Under the pieces are notes generated by a model. That model had not been told where the DNA came from. It saw nothing but the letters and a program-made list of their open reading frames with translations, and did no database searches. Shown here in pieces: positions 51,001-64,000 of a DNA stretch of 64,000 bases (positions within the stretch are counted from its first letter, which is position 1; every line of letters begins with the position of its first letter). This stretch comes from Penicillus capitatus (lineage: Eukaryota > Plantae > Chlorophyta). A program made the translations under genes and the position numbers. The DNA lies in NCBI GenBank assembly GCA_965649825.1, contig OZ287699.1, positions 62,001-126,000 of the forward strand. Direction: 5' to 3'.

Positions 51001-54000
51001 CTCGTCATTTCAGGTACTGTCTATCCCCTTGTGTATTCTCCCCTGAAATCGATGGGGTCTGCATCTGTGAAGGGGATATGGATGTGGATCCAGAGTTTGG
51101 AGAGTATCGACTGACAGCTGTCGTCTCACCTGTCGAATTCAATGTCGCTCGTGCCACATTTGGCATCCGACCGATGCCCAATCCCATTGCCGGAGCATTT
51201 CAGGGACTGGTCCATTGTACAGGGCCACTGCGTCAGCCTGTCTTTTCGGGAGTCATCAACTGCATCCAGCCGACAGAAGAGATGTTTCAGTCCATGGAAG
51301 AATCAAATGCCAAGACCGCACTGAATTCTCTCCCTGGAGCTGTTGGCGCATTCGATAAGGTAATACTCAGCGTTTTGCAGAAGAGAATGGGATAGACATC
51401 TCATGTGTCGATGTATGAGATAGATTCCGTTCAGTTCAGGGAGAGTGCTCTTTACACACGATATGGGAACCGATGTCTTCACGGTGCACGATTTCTCGGC
51501 TCAGCCAGCAGGCGGAGGGAAACTGAGAGGCAGCGGTCAGTTATGGGTGGCACCTTGTGCCGAACGTGATCCGCAGGCACTGCATCTTCGTTGCGAAGGC
51601 TACGGAGTTGCGGCCCATGACCTTGTCCAACGCTATGTCCCCGATGATATGGAACTGCCAAAGGTCTTGGACTGTGGGGCGACCAATGTCCGGATGTCCA
51701 TGCAGGGAAGTCATGCCGCTCCTCGCACAGAGATCCGTTGGGAATCGCCCTCTGTGCAAGTCACGGGAGAGGCATCCTTGTCCAGAACGGCCTGGAAAGC
51801 CACGGCCAAAGGACCTGCCTTTGACATCTCGGGCACCCTCCACACGAAGTTTCCAGAATTTGAAGCCACGAAGCACGTCTATCGACAGAGGGAGATGACA
51901 GAGCTGTGCCAGCCAGTGATTCGGGGAGTGGATTCGGATATGAATCTGAAGGGATGTGACATGTTGCCCTTCTTTTCGAATACCTCCACGCCGAGTCACA
52001 TGAAATCGTATCAGGCTGTTCGGCTGAAAGTGAGCGGCGGCGCTCATATCCAGGCACGACAGATTTCGTCGAAACACGGCCTCGAGATCGATCCACAGCA
52101 TTTCCAAGGAGAAGTGACACTTCAGGCACGCCACAGACGCATTCAAGTGTCACATCATCACGGCCAGTATAAAAGACGTGCATCTGCAGGGTCTGCGTAT
52201 GAATCAGCTGAATCTGGCGAAGCAAATGGCTGGGCAGCTGGAGGTCTCGCCTTCCGGCATCTCCCTCAAGGCAGCTGGACAGAGAGGCGATGAGATGATG
52301 GAATTCAACATCCAGTTCCCTGAACAGGTTATTCTGTACCAGACCCCATCGTCCTTTTGCCTGACAAAGGATGATCTGCCGTAAGGGTGACTGGCCGCTA
52401 CAAGAGACGACATCGGATGAGGACACAAACGGCGAGATTCAGAGCAAAGTGCTCGACAAAGCTGATCAAAGGCCGCAGCATGCGATGCTCAAAGACGCAC
52501 AGTTTTCGCTGAAACAAGGGAGACTTGAGATCTCTAGTCAGGTGCAATCTCTGTCCTGTGGTGTTCGGTATTGGATGGTGTGTCGGATCAGGTGAACAGC
52601 GATACGAATCGGGTGATGATGCGTGTGCATGGACTGACGTTGGACGAATTGGAGCTCGCTTCATTGCGTGGCGAACTTCAGGATCTGTCACTGGATGTCA
52701 ATTTCCTCAAGAAAGAGGGCAGAGGGGAACTGCACATGACATCTCCTAGGTGATGCCCATTGCTGCTGTCTTCTGATATCTGTCTGTCTGAGATGTCGAT
52801 GTCTTGCTGTCAGGTATAGCGGTTTGAAGGGTAAGGCGTTGTCGGGTGGATTCCGTTGGGAACGGGATGTTGTGCGTCTGGAAAAGATGATTCTTGAACA
52901 GAATGCCTCTCAGTACGAAGTGCAAGGAGAGTACGCATTACCGACGACGGTTCCGCAGCTCGTCACCACATCGGCAGAAGGGAATCCAAATTGGCTGCCT
53001 GGGGAAGTGCTGGCCGCCACAGTGGAACCTTACATTGGCAGATGGCGTCTTCAAGTCAACATCCCTCGAGCAGATGTTCAAGAAATCCTACCAGGAATGC
53101 GTTTGCTGCGCGAAGCCACGACCGTCCGTGAGATCGATTACGAGAAAGCGAGGGAGGAGTTTCTGAAAGGTTTGCGAGAGGGAGGATTGACCAGTCCACC
53201 TCTGCGAGAGTTCGTGCAAAATGAAAGGAGGAGGAGAGAGGCAGAGAGCAGGAAAGAGGTGCCCGAAAGCGAGACTGTTCCCCCTGCACCTCTGCCCGGC
53301 ATTCAGAGCCTCAAAGGCACATGGTGTGGCACACTGCAGGCATTTGGCGGCGGTGGCGGCGCATCGACCCTCAATTTTAATTTGAGAGGCGATTCGTGGA
53401 AGTGGGGAGATTATGAAGTGGATCGCGCCATCACGGTTGGCAGTTACCATAGCGCAGAGGGCGTCCACCTCGAAGAGATTTCTCTGCGAACAGGCGATGC
53501 GCATTTTGCGTTGCGTGGAGATCTGCTTGGGCCGAAGCAGAATGCCACGTTTATGCTCAACGATTTCCCGGCGGCGCTGCTCAGTCCCCTCTACAAAGCA
53601 GTCCCTGCTCTACAGAATGCCGTACCTGCTGTCAGCGATCACACTCAGCGCATCAAACGCCTCATGGATGGATGGGAACGGACCAAAACGACATTGGGCT
53701 TGAGCGACGTCAAAGAAGATACACCGATGGAGAAGATCACGAAAGGCAGCCCAGTGAACGGACTGCTCTTTGTTCGAGGAACTGTCGGAGGCAGCGTGGA
53801 GTCTCCCGAAGGGCTGCTGGAACTCGAACTGTACGACGGCATGATCGGCACAGCGCCTCTAGCAGCAGCCAGCGCTCAACTGGAGCTCGGTCCACAGCGC
53901 ATCGTCGAATTCAAGCTCGAATCCACGCCGTCGGAGTCGAAGGGACATTTGCGTATTGAGGGAACGATGCCGGTGCATCCGAATGGTGGACTTGGTGATG

Positions 54001-55527
54001 CCAATGTGCGTTTGCGTATCCACGATGGCGGCATGGCCATTGTCGCCGCCATGATTCCGGATTTCAAGTGGCAGACAGGTCACGCCATGATTGATCTCAC
54101 ACTAAAGGGCGACGTCACCGATCCTCAGATCGAAGGCAAAGCGCGAGTCTCTCGTGCCACCCTCTCTGTACCCAATCTCCGTCATCCCCTAAAGCACACC
54201 ACAGGCACGATCCGTGTGGAAGACGGAAAACTGGTCGTCGATCAATTCGAGGCAAAATCTGGCCATCACGGTCACATCAAGGCCAAGGGCACGTTACCCG
54301 TACTTAAGGATGTGACACACAAGAGTAAAGCTCAAAACGAAGACGAGCTATCCGTTTTTGTATCGAAGCTGGAGCTGAAAGTGAACAGCTTGTATAACGG
54401 TCGTCTGGATTCGCATCTCAAGTTCCGTCGATGTCTTAAGGAGCCCGTCATCTCGGGCGACATCGAAATCTCCAAAGGCAATCTGGTGCTACAGTTTGGT
54501 GCACTGGCCAATGCGCCGCCGACAGAAGTGAGCACAGCAATGACGACGACCTATCGACCGGGCGCTATGCGATTTCAAGACGCGCAACTGCCACGAAGCG
54601 AACCCGATGTGAGCATCACCCCTCCTGTCATCAGTATTCCCAAACAGGTCCCGATGGACGGCATCCGTTTGGAAAACCTCAAATTCAAGCTCGGATCGGA
54701 GCTCAGATTCCAAGTCCCTTTCATGGTCAACCTGCTGCTCTCAGGTGACACGCCTTGTGACCACATATGTCTGCGGGATACGCCTGTGCGGTTTAGGTGG
54801 TATTGAAGTGTCGGGGCCGCCGAAGGACCTGGTGCCCGTCGGGGAGATCTATATCGATGGCGGAATGGTCAATCTCTTCGCTACGCAGCTTTCTATTGCT
54901 CGCGAAGATTCTCCGGGCAAGGTTCGTTTTGTTGCGGAGCAGGGATTCGATCCAGACCTGGATTTTACGCTCACCTCTCCGGCCGAGGGCTTCAAGGCCA
55001 TCTGCAAAGGTCGCGCCAGTTCCTGGCAAGAGAGCGTGATTCTGCGATTCAGTGGCGTCAATGCTGCTACCGACGAAGAGAATCTCTCCCAGGCTGCCAA
55101 AGTCTTCCAGTCCAAACTGGCCGATGCATTGGTGGCAGAGAACGGTCAACTGGCTCTGCTCAATCTCGCAGCATCCACTATGGCCACCATGTCGCCACGT
55201 TTTGATACGTGGGGTCAAATTGGCGGCGCCCGTTGGCGTATCGTCTCGTCGCCCAATATCCCTTACCTTCTTACCAACTCCGAGCGACTCGATTTCCATG
55301 ACATCTTGACGAGTCTGCTATCGGGAACGGAGATTGAGGTGCAGTATGGGCCCACTCAGGCTGTGATTGCACACAAAACGCATGGCTCTACGTCTGGGAT
55401 TCAATGGAATCTTGCATTGAATCTGACGGACAATCTCAAACTGACGGCCGGAGTGGTGAACACGCCGTCCACGACCACTTCTGTGTTGTTTCAGTACAGC
55501 AGTGAAGCGAGAACACGTATGAAATGA
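48070..55527 (+). CDS. TIC236: TIC236 (chloroplast TamB/DUF490-family translocon subunit)
   Basis: Very long multi-exon gene: N-terminal TM (FFFVGCGVILLNIWLAKYINSSVLP), ARATFGIRPMP, AFDKVPFSSG, beta-taco-like region, C-terminal DUF490-like GGMVNLFATQ...FDPDLD. Confidence 0.85.
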
Positions 55528-55809
55528 AGACGCAACTGTTTTGAAAAAGCGGCTCGTTTTGCAATGTCTCTCGGCGCGAGTGGCGGCGCTTTGGATGGGG
55601 GTGTGGGTCACTCAAACGTCACATCGTAGTTGGTGAGTGGTCACACTCCTTACTCGACGGCTCAACTTCGTCTTGAAACCGCCATCCGCTAAGGTATGGC
55701 TGCTATGTACTGCCGACATTTAAAGCTGGCCAAAATTGCGGTACCCTCCCCGTTTCGACCGAACACTTGCCGCACAGCTTCGCCATTGCCATGATTTTGT
55801 CATGCTGGA

Positions 55810-57347
55810 ATGAACGCCAAGCGGCCGCGCAGAAATGAAGTGCAGGAACCCGACGCATGGGCGACGCCGGCGGCGGAGGCGGTCGTCGAGAGCCGCCACG
55901 AAGGAGACGACACGAGCAGCGGTGTCAACTACTCCTACACCGTCTGTACGAGTGCACTCGCCGGAAGATACGAAGTAACCCGCGGCATATCTCGATGAGA
56001 TAGTGCAGTATCGTCTTATGACAGTGTCGCATTCATAAGTATCTCGTGGCATCGGGCATCCACGAATTCCTATCGGCCGATTTCCTGCTGGCTGGGCGAA
56101 AATGGTAGACACCCGGCCATACCATGATCGATGATGCCGATTACGGACACAGGCGCATCAAGATCGCTCGAACAGAGGGCGGCCGCTATTCATTGTTCCT
56201 CTTATTGAAGAGCGAGCTGTCTGCGATCGTGCATTACAGCTTTATTCTTGAAAACCACAAAGATGAGCAGCGGAATCGAATGAAAGGTCATGCGTGTATG
56301 TATGGACCATCGCCGTTTCTCGATCGTGGTGTGTGTAGCCTGGCGTGCCGCATTCGAATCGGCATCTCAATGGGGCTACCGTAACTTCTTTTCGGTGGAT
56401 GATGTCAGGGATCGAGACTCGGGATATCTGCTGGGCGACAGCATCGTTGTGGTGATCCGATTGCGGCAGTGTACGGTGGAGACCGAGAGTCTCAGTGTCG
56501 TCCCGATGCAAAACGCCTTTACATACACCGTAACGCCCACACCGTCTGAAACGAGGGAGATATTGATGCGCACTAGTGGTCGTTGCGACATGTGAATGGT
56601 CTCGGTCCGGCTGCCCTCAAATCGGACGATACCCGACACGGACCAGCCGCCTGGTCATTTCTAAAGGGCGGCGTCTGGGAAGTGGCGATGTGTGTTGCAG
56701 GTCTTTGAAGTTGGAGCCTTATAAAGTGACAGAAGACAGTGATCGGTGTGGAGTGTTTCTCTGCTGCTATGCCCAACGTCCAGTCGTGGCGCGATGCAAG
56801 ATCACCTTGCTGAATCATCGTGACATCAGACGACGTGTAGAATACAGTACACAAGAGCTGGGCATTTCTGTCATTCCTCTATGCCTTGTGCTGATCAGAC
56901 GCATTCACACGCACGTTCCCGATCGGCTATTCTTTTTGGGGCTGGCCGAACTTCATCGACGCAAATGTCCTGAAGTCATCGGAATCGGGATTCGTGGACG
57001 ACGAGGGCTGGACGACACTAATTGCACACATCTGGTTGCTGGGTGCAGAAGAGAGACTGCGACAGCAACGAACAGGAGTCACCACTGAAGGCCGGCCGTC
57101 GATATCACAAGACGAAGACGATGGGTTATGTGTGGTCTGTATGGAGAAGAAACAGACGTGTGGCTTCGTTCACGGCAAGACGTACGCTTGATACTTTCCA
57201 TCGTGATGTGACGTGCGACGTCCTTGCTGTTGTGACAGGTCACACAAGTGTGTCTGCGCGAAATGCTGTGAGCTGTTGTATCGAACAACGAAGAGGTGTC
57301 CGGTGTGCAATGCCAACATCGATTCCATCATCACCGGCTATTTCTAG
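55810..57347 (+). CDS. MATH-MATH-RING (C2H2C4) protein, copy 2
   Basis: EFLSADFLLAGRKW, YSLFLLL, WGYRNFFSVDDVRDRDSGYLLGDSIVV, GFVDDEGW, CVVCMEKKQTCGFVHGK|TSHKCVCAKC...CPVC. Confidence 0.88.
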
Positions 57348-57449
57348 TATCTATGGTGCCTCATAGAAGGAGGACGGTGACGTGACCGTCAAAGTACTGT
57401 GAACGTTTCTACCAATGATGCAACCATCTATCCTTTGATAGCGATCGCG

Positions 57450-59150
57450 ATGGTGCGAACAGAGGTGGCATCATCGACGACAACGCCATCGCCGATCCGC
57501 AAGGCGAGGGAATGCCGAATACGTGGGGTCTCGCCATCTCTCTCATGCGGTGTCCGTCGATGTGGAAAGCGATGGGTCATGCGTTGCGCGACGCAGCCCA
57601 TCCAGCGAAGCGACCTCACGACGTGGCTCGAACACGACAAAGGCGTGACATACACGAACGTACAAACAGACACGGCGACAGATTTCATCGCTGCTCGGCA
57701 GATCGAATCGGATCAGGTCCAGCAACGATGAAGAGAGAAGCATCGCAGTGCGGGTGTGATGCAGGTCGTTTTTGCGTTTCCTTCGAATCTGACCATCACC
57801 AGTATCGATGCCGAACGTCATCCAGAGCTACAGGATTTATCAACGGGCAGCAGCGAGTTGGTGCAGCTGACGTTATGGCTCATGACCGAACGACGGAAGG
57901 GAGATCGTTCCTCCTGGTATCCCTTCCTACAAGCTCTCCCTGTCCGCCGCCTTCACTTCTCCCGCTTTGCATTCTCTCGTTCTGCAGGAAAAGACGCAGA
58001 CGCCGATTCTCTGGTCGCCTCAGGAGTTGCAGGAATGGTGTCGTGGATCGCCGATTGAACAAGAGGCCGTGGCGCGACGAAAACAGTTGTTAGGCGAGTG
58101 GGATCGACTGAGCGAAGCCAAGGGATCCGAGATCCTACAGGCATTTGATGAAGATGCCTTTCTCGCTGCTTTCAGCGTCGTCCTAAGCAATACCTTCTAC
58201 GTGCCCAGCGCTGCACGTTTTGCTCTGCTCCCTCCGCTGACCGGGATCCAGAGAACAGGAGACGAACGATCATGCACACTGGACTACGACCCAGAAACGG
58301 ATCGCATCACCCTGACGGCGCAAAGAGACTACAGGTCGCTCCGTTTCACACCTGACGACGCGACAGACATTCTTCGGCTTAGTCCAGGGGAGTATGTACG
58401 CGTCTTCGATGGACGACCGAATTTGGAGCTGCTGTTGGCGACAGGGACAGTCGAGCGTGACAACCCATCGGATTGTGTGGCGCTGGAGTTTGAGCTGGTG
58501 CCTACGGATCGTCTGTACAGTGCCAAGCGACAGATCCTCGAGGCCATGGGATTTCGCCCAAGCGAGACCTTTCTCATCTACAAGGAACGCATTCCTACGC
58601 AGCTCCTCTCATTCCTGAGGCTATCCCGTATTCAAGACCCCAGTCAACTCACACAGGCACGTTCGTATCCGTTGGTCTGTTATCGAAGGCGCGTGCCTTA
58701 GGTGAGTTTTGAAGAGGATCGAGTTATCAGTCCATTGAACGAATACGAAGTGCTGCAGCTAGTGTTGGGCGAATGCCGAGTGCGACTCGGTCGATACCAG
58801 AACAACACCGAAGACGATCTCCGAGCGCTGCAGAGAGGAAGTCTCAGCGAGAAGGAGCGTGTGGCAACCGAACTGCTCCTGGGCGAAAAACGCATCCTGC
58901 AGGTACAGCACGACGTTTCTGGACGTCGTGGTCGGAAATGGCGGCGCAGAGTTGTGTGGACACCATCCGACGGCGATTGGCGCCGATTCGCGGCGTTCCG
59001 ACGAAGTCTGGTCAACTGGAAGACCCGAACAAAGACATCCTCGATATGTTCGAGACGCTCGAGGCGCTTCCGCAGGCGCCGAAGAAACTCCTCGACGGTT
59101 TCGTGCGTTGGGCGAAGGGTGACGACGATCCAGAGTGGACGCGAAAATGA
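57450..59150 (+). CDS. Plastid SET-domain protein, Rubisco LSMT family
   Basis: Transit-like N-terminus; LTLWLMTERRKGDRSSWYPFLQALP, PILWSPQEL, FSVVLSNTF, DGRPNLELLLATG, LLSFLRL, TEDDLRAL. Confidence 0.85.
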
Positions 59151-59357
59151 TAAGGAGGAGGTTGACCGAATACGCATTGGCGTCGTCGGCGTGTCCAAGA
59201 AACGGACAACAGTAACAGTCTCGTTGTGTGGCGTGGCCTCAGATAGACAAACACTGTTTTTCGTTGTGTCGCCTTTGAAGTCACCTCTTTACAGGACTCG
59301 TCCAAAACCACACGCAACGAACGGCTTTGCGTAACATGGGCTTGTGCCAATCGTCAC

Positions 59358-61559
59358 ATGCTTTGTCCATCGATGTGCGTCCTCGCGTCGTTTGTCTCCT
59401 GGTCGATGACGCGTGCCGTTGTGGATAGGATACCACGACGAAGGGTGCTTTGCCGAAAGGCACGTCGGTGGTATTCGTCCTGGGTGGACCTGGCAGCGGA
59501 AAAGGCACGCAGTGCGCCAAAATTGCGGAGCGGTATGACTGTGCGCATATCTCTGCGGGCGATGTGCTCAGAGAAGAGGTTCGAAACGGGACGGAAATCG
59601 GAAAAGAGTGCGATGCCTTGATGAAAGAGGGAAAGCTGGTTCCCTTCGAGACGACGCTCGCTTTGCTTCAGAGCGCGATGCTGAAGAGCACGAAAAAGAC
59701 GTTTTTGATCGATGGATTTCCGCGTGCGATGGAACAGGCGACGCGTTTCGAAGAAGACATTCAGCCATGCACGGCGGTGCTCTATTTCGAGTGTTCCGAA
59801 GAAGTGATGGTGAAGCGACTGGTGGAACGCGGGAAGACGAGTGGACGCGCAGATGATAATGAAGAGACGATTCGGAAACGGTTAGTGACGTTTAGAGAAA
59901 TGAGTGAACCCGTTGCCAAATTCTACGAAGCCCAAGGCAAATGCTTTCGCTTGTCTGGCGAAGAGCCACCCGAAGCCGTCTTCGAACGCGTCCAAAACAT
60001 CCTGGACCCCTACTTAAAAGACAAGAAACCAGAAAACGCGTCGAAGATGGAGATAGCGGAAGAAAAGAAGACGGAGGGCGATTTTCGCATACCTGCAGAA
60101 AAAGGAGCCGCCGAGATTCAACCTGTGCCTTCAGATGAGATCCCCGAGGCGTCAGTTGACGATTTTTCCGCTGCAGAGGTACGATCGCGATGATTGCGTT
60201 GAGGCGCAAGGGCGTGTGGTTCGTTCGATGTAGAGTGGTGGTGATGTGACAGCAGCTGCGCAGGCGCTTCCCAGTCGTGTTGTTTTTGTTCTCGGCGGTC
60301 CCGGAAGCGGCAAAGGCACACAGTGTGAGCAGATCGTCAGAGACTACGGCTACGATCACATCTCGCTGGGAGATCTCTTCCGATGCGAAGTGGAAAGCGG
60401 ATCGGATCTGGGCAAAGAATGCGATGCGTTGATGAAGGAAGGAAAACTCATTCCTCTGCAGACCACACTCGATCTGCTGAAGAAGGCGATGAACAGTGGC
60501 ACGTCGGCGGGATATCTCATCGACGGATTTCCGCGGTCGATTGAACAGGCCGAGATGTTTGAGCAGCACATTGGCCAGTGCGATGCCGTGCTGTTTTTCG
60601 AATGCTCCGAGGCAGTGATGTTGGAACGCCTGAGCAAAAGGGCTGAGCAGAGCGGCCGGGTAGATGACAATCCTGAGACCATGCAGAAGCGCCTGGCAAC
60701 CTTTGCTGAGCTCAGCGCTCCCGTTGCGCGTTTCTATTCAGATCTTGGAAAGTGTCATACCCTTTCGGCGGAGCGAGATCCCGCAGAGATCTATGCCGAT
60801 GTTCGAGAGGTCCTCGACAAACTGACCGAGACCACCGTAAAGAAAGCGGATGCCACGGAGAGCGCTCTCAATGTCGACGCGGCTGGAGAGGATACGATTC
60901 TCCTCGTATGGGAGACAGAGGAATCGAAGACGGGAGAGATGTTGCGTGCTGCGATGCGCGAGCACGGATGGCGTGTTGTCTGCCGTCGTTTAAGTGACGC
61001 AGTCGATGTGGAAGACATTCGACCGCAGGCGATTCTGATCGATCTTCCGGCGGCTGAGGTTTCTGCGCCGCCAGCCGTGATCGATGTCCTTCGCCAGGCA
61101 CACGAAAAAGGAATTGTGATCTTGCCCTCTCTCGAAGCGCAAGCCGCTGCAACGGATGAGCATTTTGCGGCAAAGATGACCGATAAGGAAAGAATCGATG
61201 ATGCACAGAAGATCGCTGTTCGTTGTGCGTTTGATATCCCGATGGACGTCATCACTTATCCCTCCGATGGCGAAAAGAGTGACGAGAATGTCACACATCT
61301 CAAACCTGATGATCCCGAAATCGCTGCCCTCATCCAACAGCTCGTGAATGAAGATCTCGGCAAAATCCGAACGGCAACCGCCGACATCTTGCCTCCGATG
61401 TGGTCTGCCGTCTACGATATCGTCGAAGGCGCCGACGAAGGCAAAGATTACGTTTTCAGGCGACTGGAATGTATGTCGCTAGATCTGCCAAATCAACTGC
61501 CCTTTGTCGAATCCATCGCCAAAACGATATCCGTTTCTGTGAAAGGACAGAAGGCGTAA
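59358..61559 (+). CDS. Tandem adenylate/UMP-CMP kinase (two domains) with extra C-terminal region
   Basis: Two VFVLGGPGSGKGTQC P-loops, two LIDGFPR and two GR(A/V)DDNxET motifs; ~200 aa non-kinase tail. Confidence 0.9.
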
Positions 61560-61650
61560 CGAAACTAGACAGATCATCATCACGTCTATGTATCCTCTCA
61601 TTCGACTTCTGTTGTAATGATCCCTTTCTCACACCATAGTAGCATGGACC

Positions 61651-64000
61651 TTACACTTTGGCTTCTCTCAATCCGTCCCTCAGTACATTACGCGTCAGTT
61701 TATTCGTCGATGTCCGAGGAAGAACATCCCGCAGATGCACCTGCGAAACCTAAGATCAAATAGACACCGATCATACACTGCGCTGCTAAGGTGATCAAAG
61801 CAGCGACCAGTAGTCGCACCTTAAACAGGGGATTGAGCTCCACTTTAATGGCCGTCTGGCATTTTTCTCTCAATGACTCCAGAGCGACAGGATCTGGCGA
61901 TGAGAGAACCAAAAACAGCACGAGCTCCTCAGGGCCGCCGCCATCTGGCAGGCTCCCAATCTTGCACGTGGTTGGATCCGTATGCAACAGGTGACATACC
62001 TGGAGAGAATCCGACGGCTGCGGCTTCCTTCACATCTTTGACAGATTTCATGACGACGTACTCCAACTCGACACAGCTAACCTATCGTGATGGTGTCACA
62101 TCAGTCACCTCCTCTTCATCCATCAGACCTTGATGCCGCCGAGATTCATGGTGTCATCACAGCGCCCTCTGGAAAAGTAGACGCCATTCAACTTGGCAAA
62201 GGCATCGCCGTGTCGTCTCAGTCGATAATGATGCTCTCCGTAGGGCGGCATTCCTTGATAATACACTTCGGCATGATTCCTGTTGAGGAGCTTCTGTGAT
62301 AGACCGAACATCGGAGGCTCAACAGAGAGTTCCCTGTATAGACTCTGCCTCGCTAGCGAGCCAAAGACGCGATGTACGGGACAGACCCTTCGAAGACGTC
62401 CACTGCTCGGATGTCTTGAACACGGTCGTCCGCAACGAGCACGACGGAACTGCCGATGATCGGTGTGGTAAAGGCAGACGGTGTCTGTGGGTAGACCAGA
62501 CAACTAGAGATGTAGGCGCCACCCATCTCTGTCCCTAACCAGACATAGATACCGAGAGGGGATCCGGTCGGGGAGGGGTGGACCTCCACAGTACTCGACG
62601 ATGGGCTTGTATCCAGCCTGGGCCATGAGCCAATGATACTCTTCGTAACTGGAAGCTTCGCCCGTTGAACTGAAGCACTCAATACGGCTCCAATCGCATC
62701 CCTGAAAACGGTAAAGCCCCTCGGTCAAAGGCGGCCTCCTGATGGACGGCCGAGATCGACTTGTGTCATCTTTCTGTCTCTCCACGCTCTCACCATCGAC
62801 GGTATCACGCCCAACATCGTCACCTTTGCCACTTCCACGAATTTGCAGAAAGCGGGCGTTGATGGAGAGCCCTGAAGACAGAGGGCTTCTCTGGTGAGAT
62901 AGAAATATCGAAGGTGGTGGGTGTGCTTGAAAGAGAGCAATGGGTGCTTTGTTCAAGTAGGCGCTGTAGAGCAGCCATGGACCCATCATCCATCCCAGAC
63001 TTGTCGGCCAACAGACCACACTGTTGCTGTGAATGTTCTGCGCCATCATTCCATCCACTCCACACTTGATCGGTGTGAGATGTGTCCACGCAATGGCCTT
63101 GGGTATTCCCTAAATCACAGGCAGAACGCTCTGTGACGTCACATCAGCGCTACTGGAAGAAGACGACCGTTGTCCCAGAGGAGAAGAGGATATTCGATGA
63201 AGCATAACCGTCGCACGAGATAGGGCAGAAATCTGCAGACGCGTCGCACGTTTCTAGAAATGCTTGGAAGGACAGATCTCCTGATTCCAGTGCTCCCTAC
63301 ATCACACATTTATCACAGATTTCTTAGCTGTCACATCACATGAAGAGTTTTCAGATTCTCCGGACAGACGATACAGATCGCAGATGTCGCTTGAGCGATC
63401 TTGCTGTACAGATGATGGACCTTGTTCGATCGACGGACGACATCCTAACCGTCCACAGATTTTTCATCGAGTGATCTGAGGGATGGATGCTTGCTTGAGT
63501 GAAGATGAGCTTGGCATCGGCGATTGCCAGACGAGTCTTGACTTCTGGCGTCGCAAAGGAATCCGCAATCGATACCACGACGCATCCAGCCAAGACGATT
63601 CCAAGGTAAATCGCAACGGAGACGGCTGTCATTGGCAGATAGACAGCCACACTCGTGCCTGGATTCCAACGTGAGTGGCGGCTGTCACATCACGTCCAGT
63701 AGATAACGCACCGGGTGTGCACTGGACGGCAACGGCAGATGCAATGCGATAACTCAATTGCTCGAGCTCACTCCCTGACATAAAACATAGCTCATCCGGT
63801 CGATTCTCCTAAGATCCGACACGTGAGCGCCGAGGGAGATGAATAGGATGGGTGGACGTCTGCCCAGATGATGGCCTTGTCTGCATCGGAGATGGCATGC
63901 AATGCCATGTGTGCAGCATTCAAGCGGCATCCTTCGAACCAAACGATCCCGTCCTCATCCGAAGCATGCGTAAGAATTCTGTCCATCCAGTCGATATCGT
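61651..64000 (-). CDS. Acyl-activating enzyme AAE17/18-like (AMP-binding; 5' truncated by window)
   Basis: NILFSSGTT|GIPKAIAWTH, WPTSLGWMMGPW, FSSTGEAS, PIVEYCGG|TEIGG, LRRHGD, GRCDDTMNLGGIK, ELNPLFKV, LPRTSTNKL. Confidence 0.92.

Noticed and set aside
60242-60252. TGATGTGACAG as the acceptor of the kinase intron
   Set aside because: Phase fits the upstream AG at ~60233, so this copy is probably coding (DVT).
1-64000. CRISPR arrays, rRNA, prokaryotic operons or defence systems
   Set aside because: No repeat-spacer arrays or rRNA signatures seen; the sequence is spliceosomal-intron-rich eukaryotic DNA.

Overview
Gene-dense eukaryotic nuclear DNA, not prokaryotic. Genes are split by many ~45-60 bp GT-AG introns, which is why the six-frame track is fragmented. 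Plastid-targeted genes (TIC236, Rubisco-LSMT-family SET protein), a plant-type ATP synthase FAd subunit, XBAT-like E3s and DEG14 point to a compact green-algal genome. The FAd subunit argues against Chlamydomonadales (inference). Left to right: four tandem XBAT34/35-like ankyrin genes, ATP synthase FAd, AGXT2, glycine cleavage H (with a candidate intronic H/ACA snoRNA), mago nashi, complex I NUXM, CBS protein, DEG14, a CPR5-like membrane protein, dihydroorotase, a secreted beta-propeller lectin-like gene, a MATH-MATH-RING gene, a decayed lower-GC island (~26.0-30.8 kb), a partial gene duplicate, a second lectin-like gene, Ndh-SelD fusion, ANGEL/CCR4-like nuclease, two NPF/PTR transporters flanking a LINE remnant + trypsin pseudogene + one-repeat-per-exon ankyrin gene, TIC236, a second MATH-MATH-RING, SET protein, double adenylate/UMP-CMP kinase, and an AAE17/18-like acyl-activating enzyme. 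Gene models were spliced by eye, so boundaries are approximate. Family names come from recalled motifs, not database searches.
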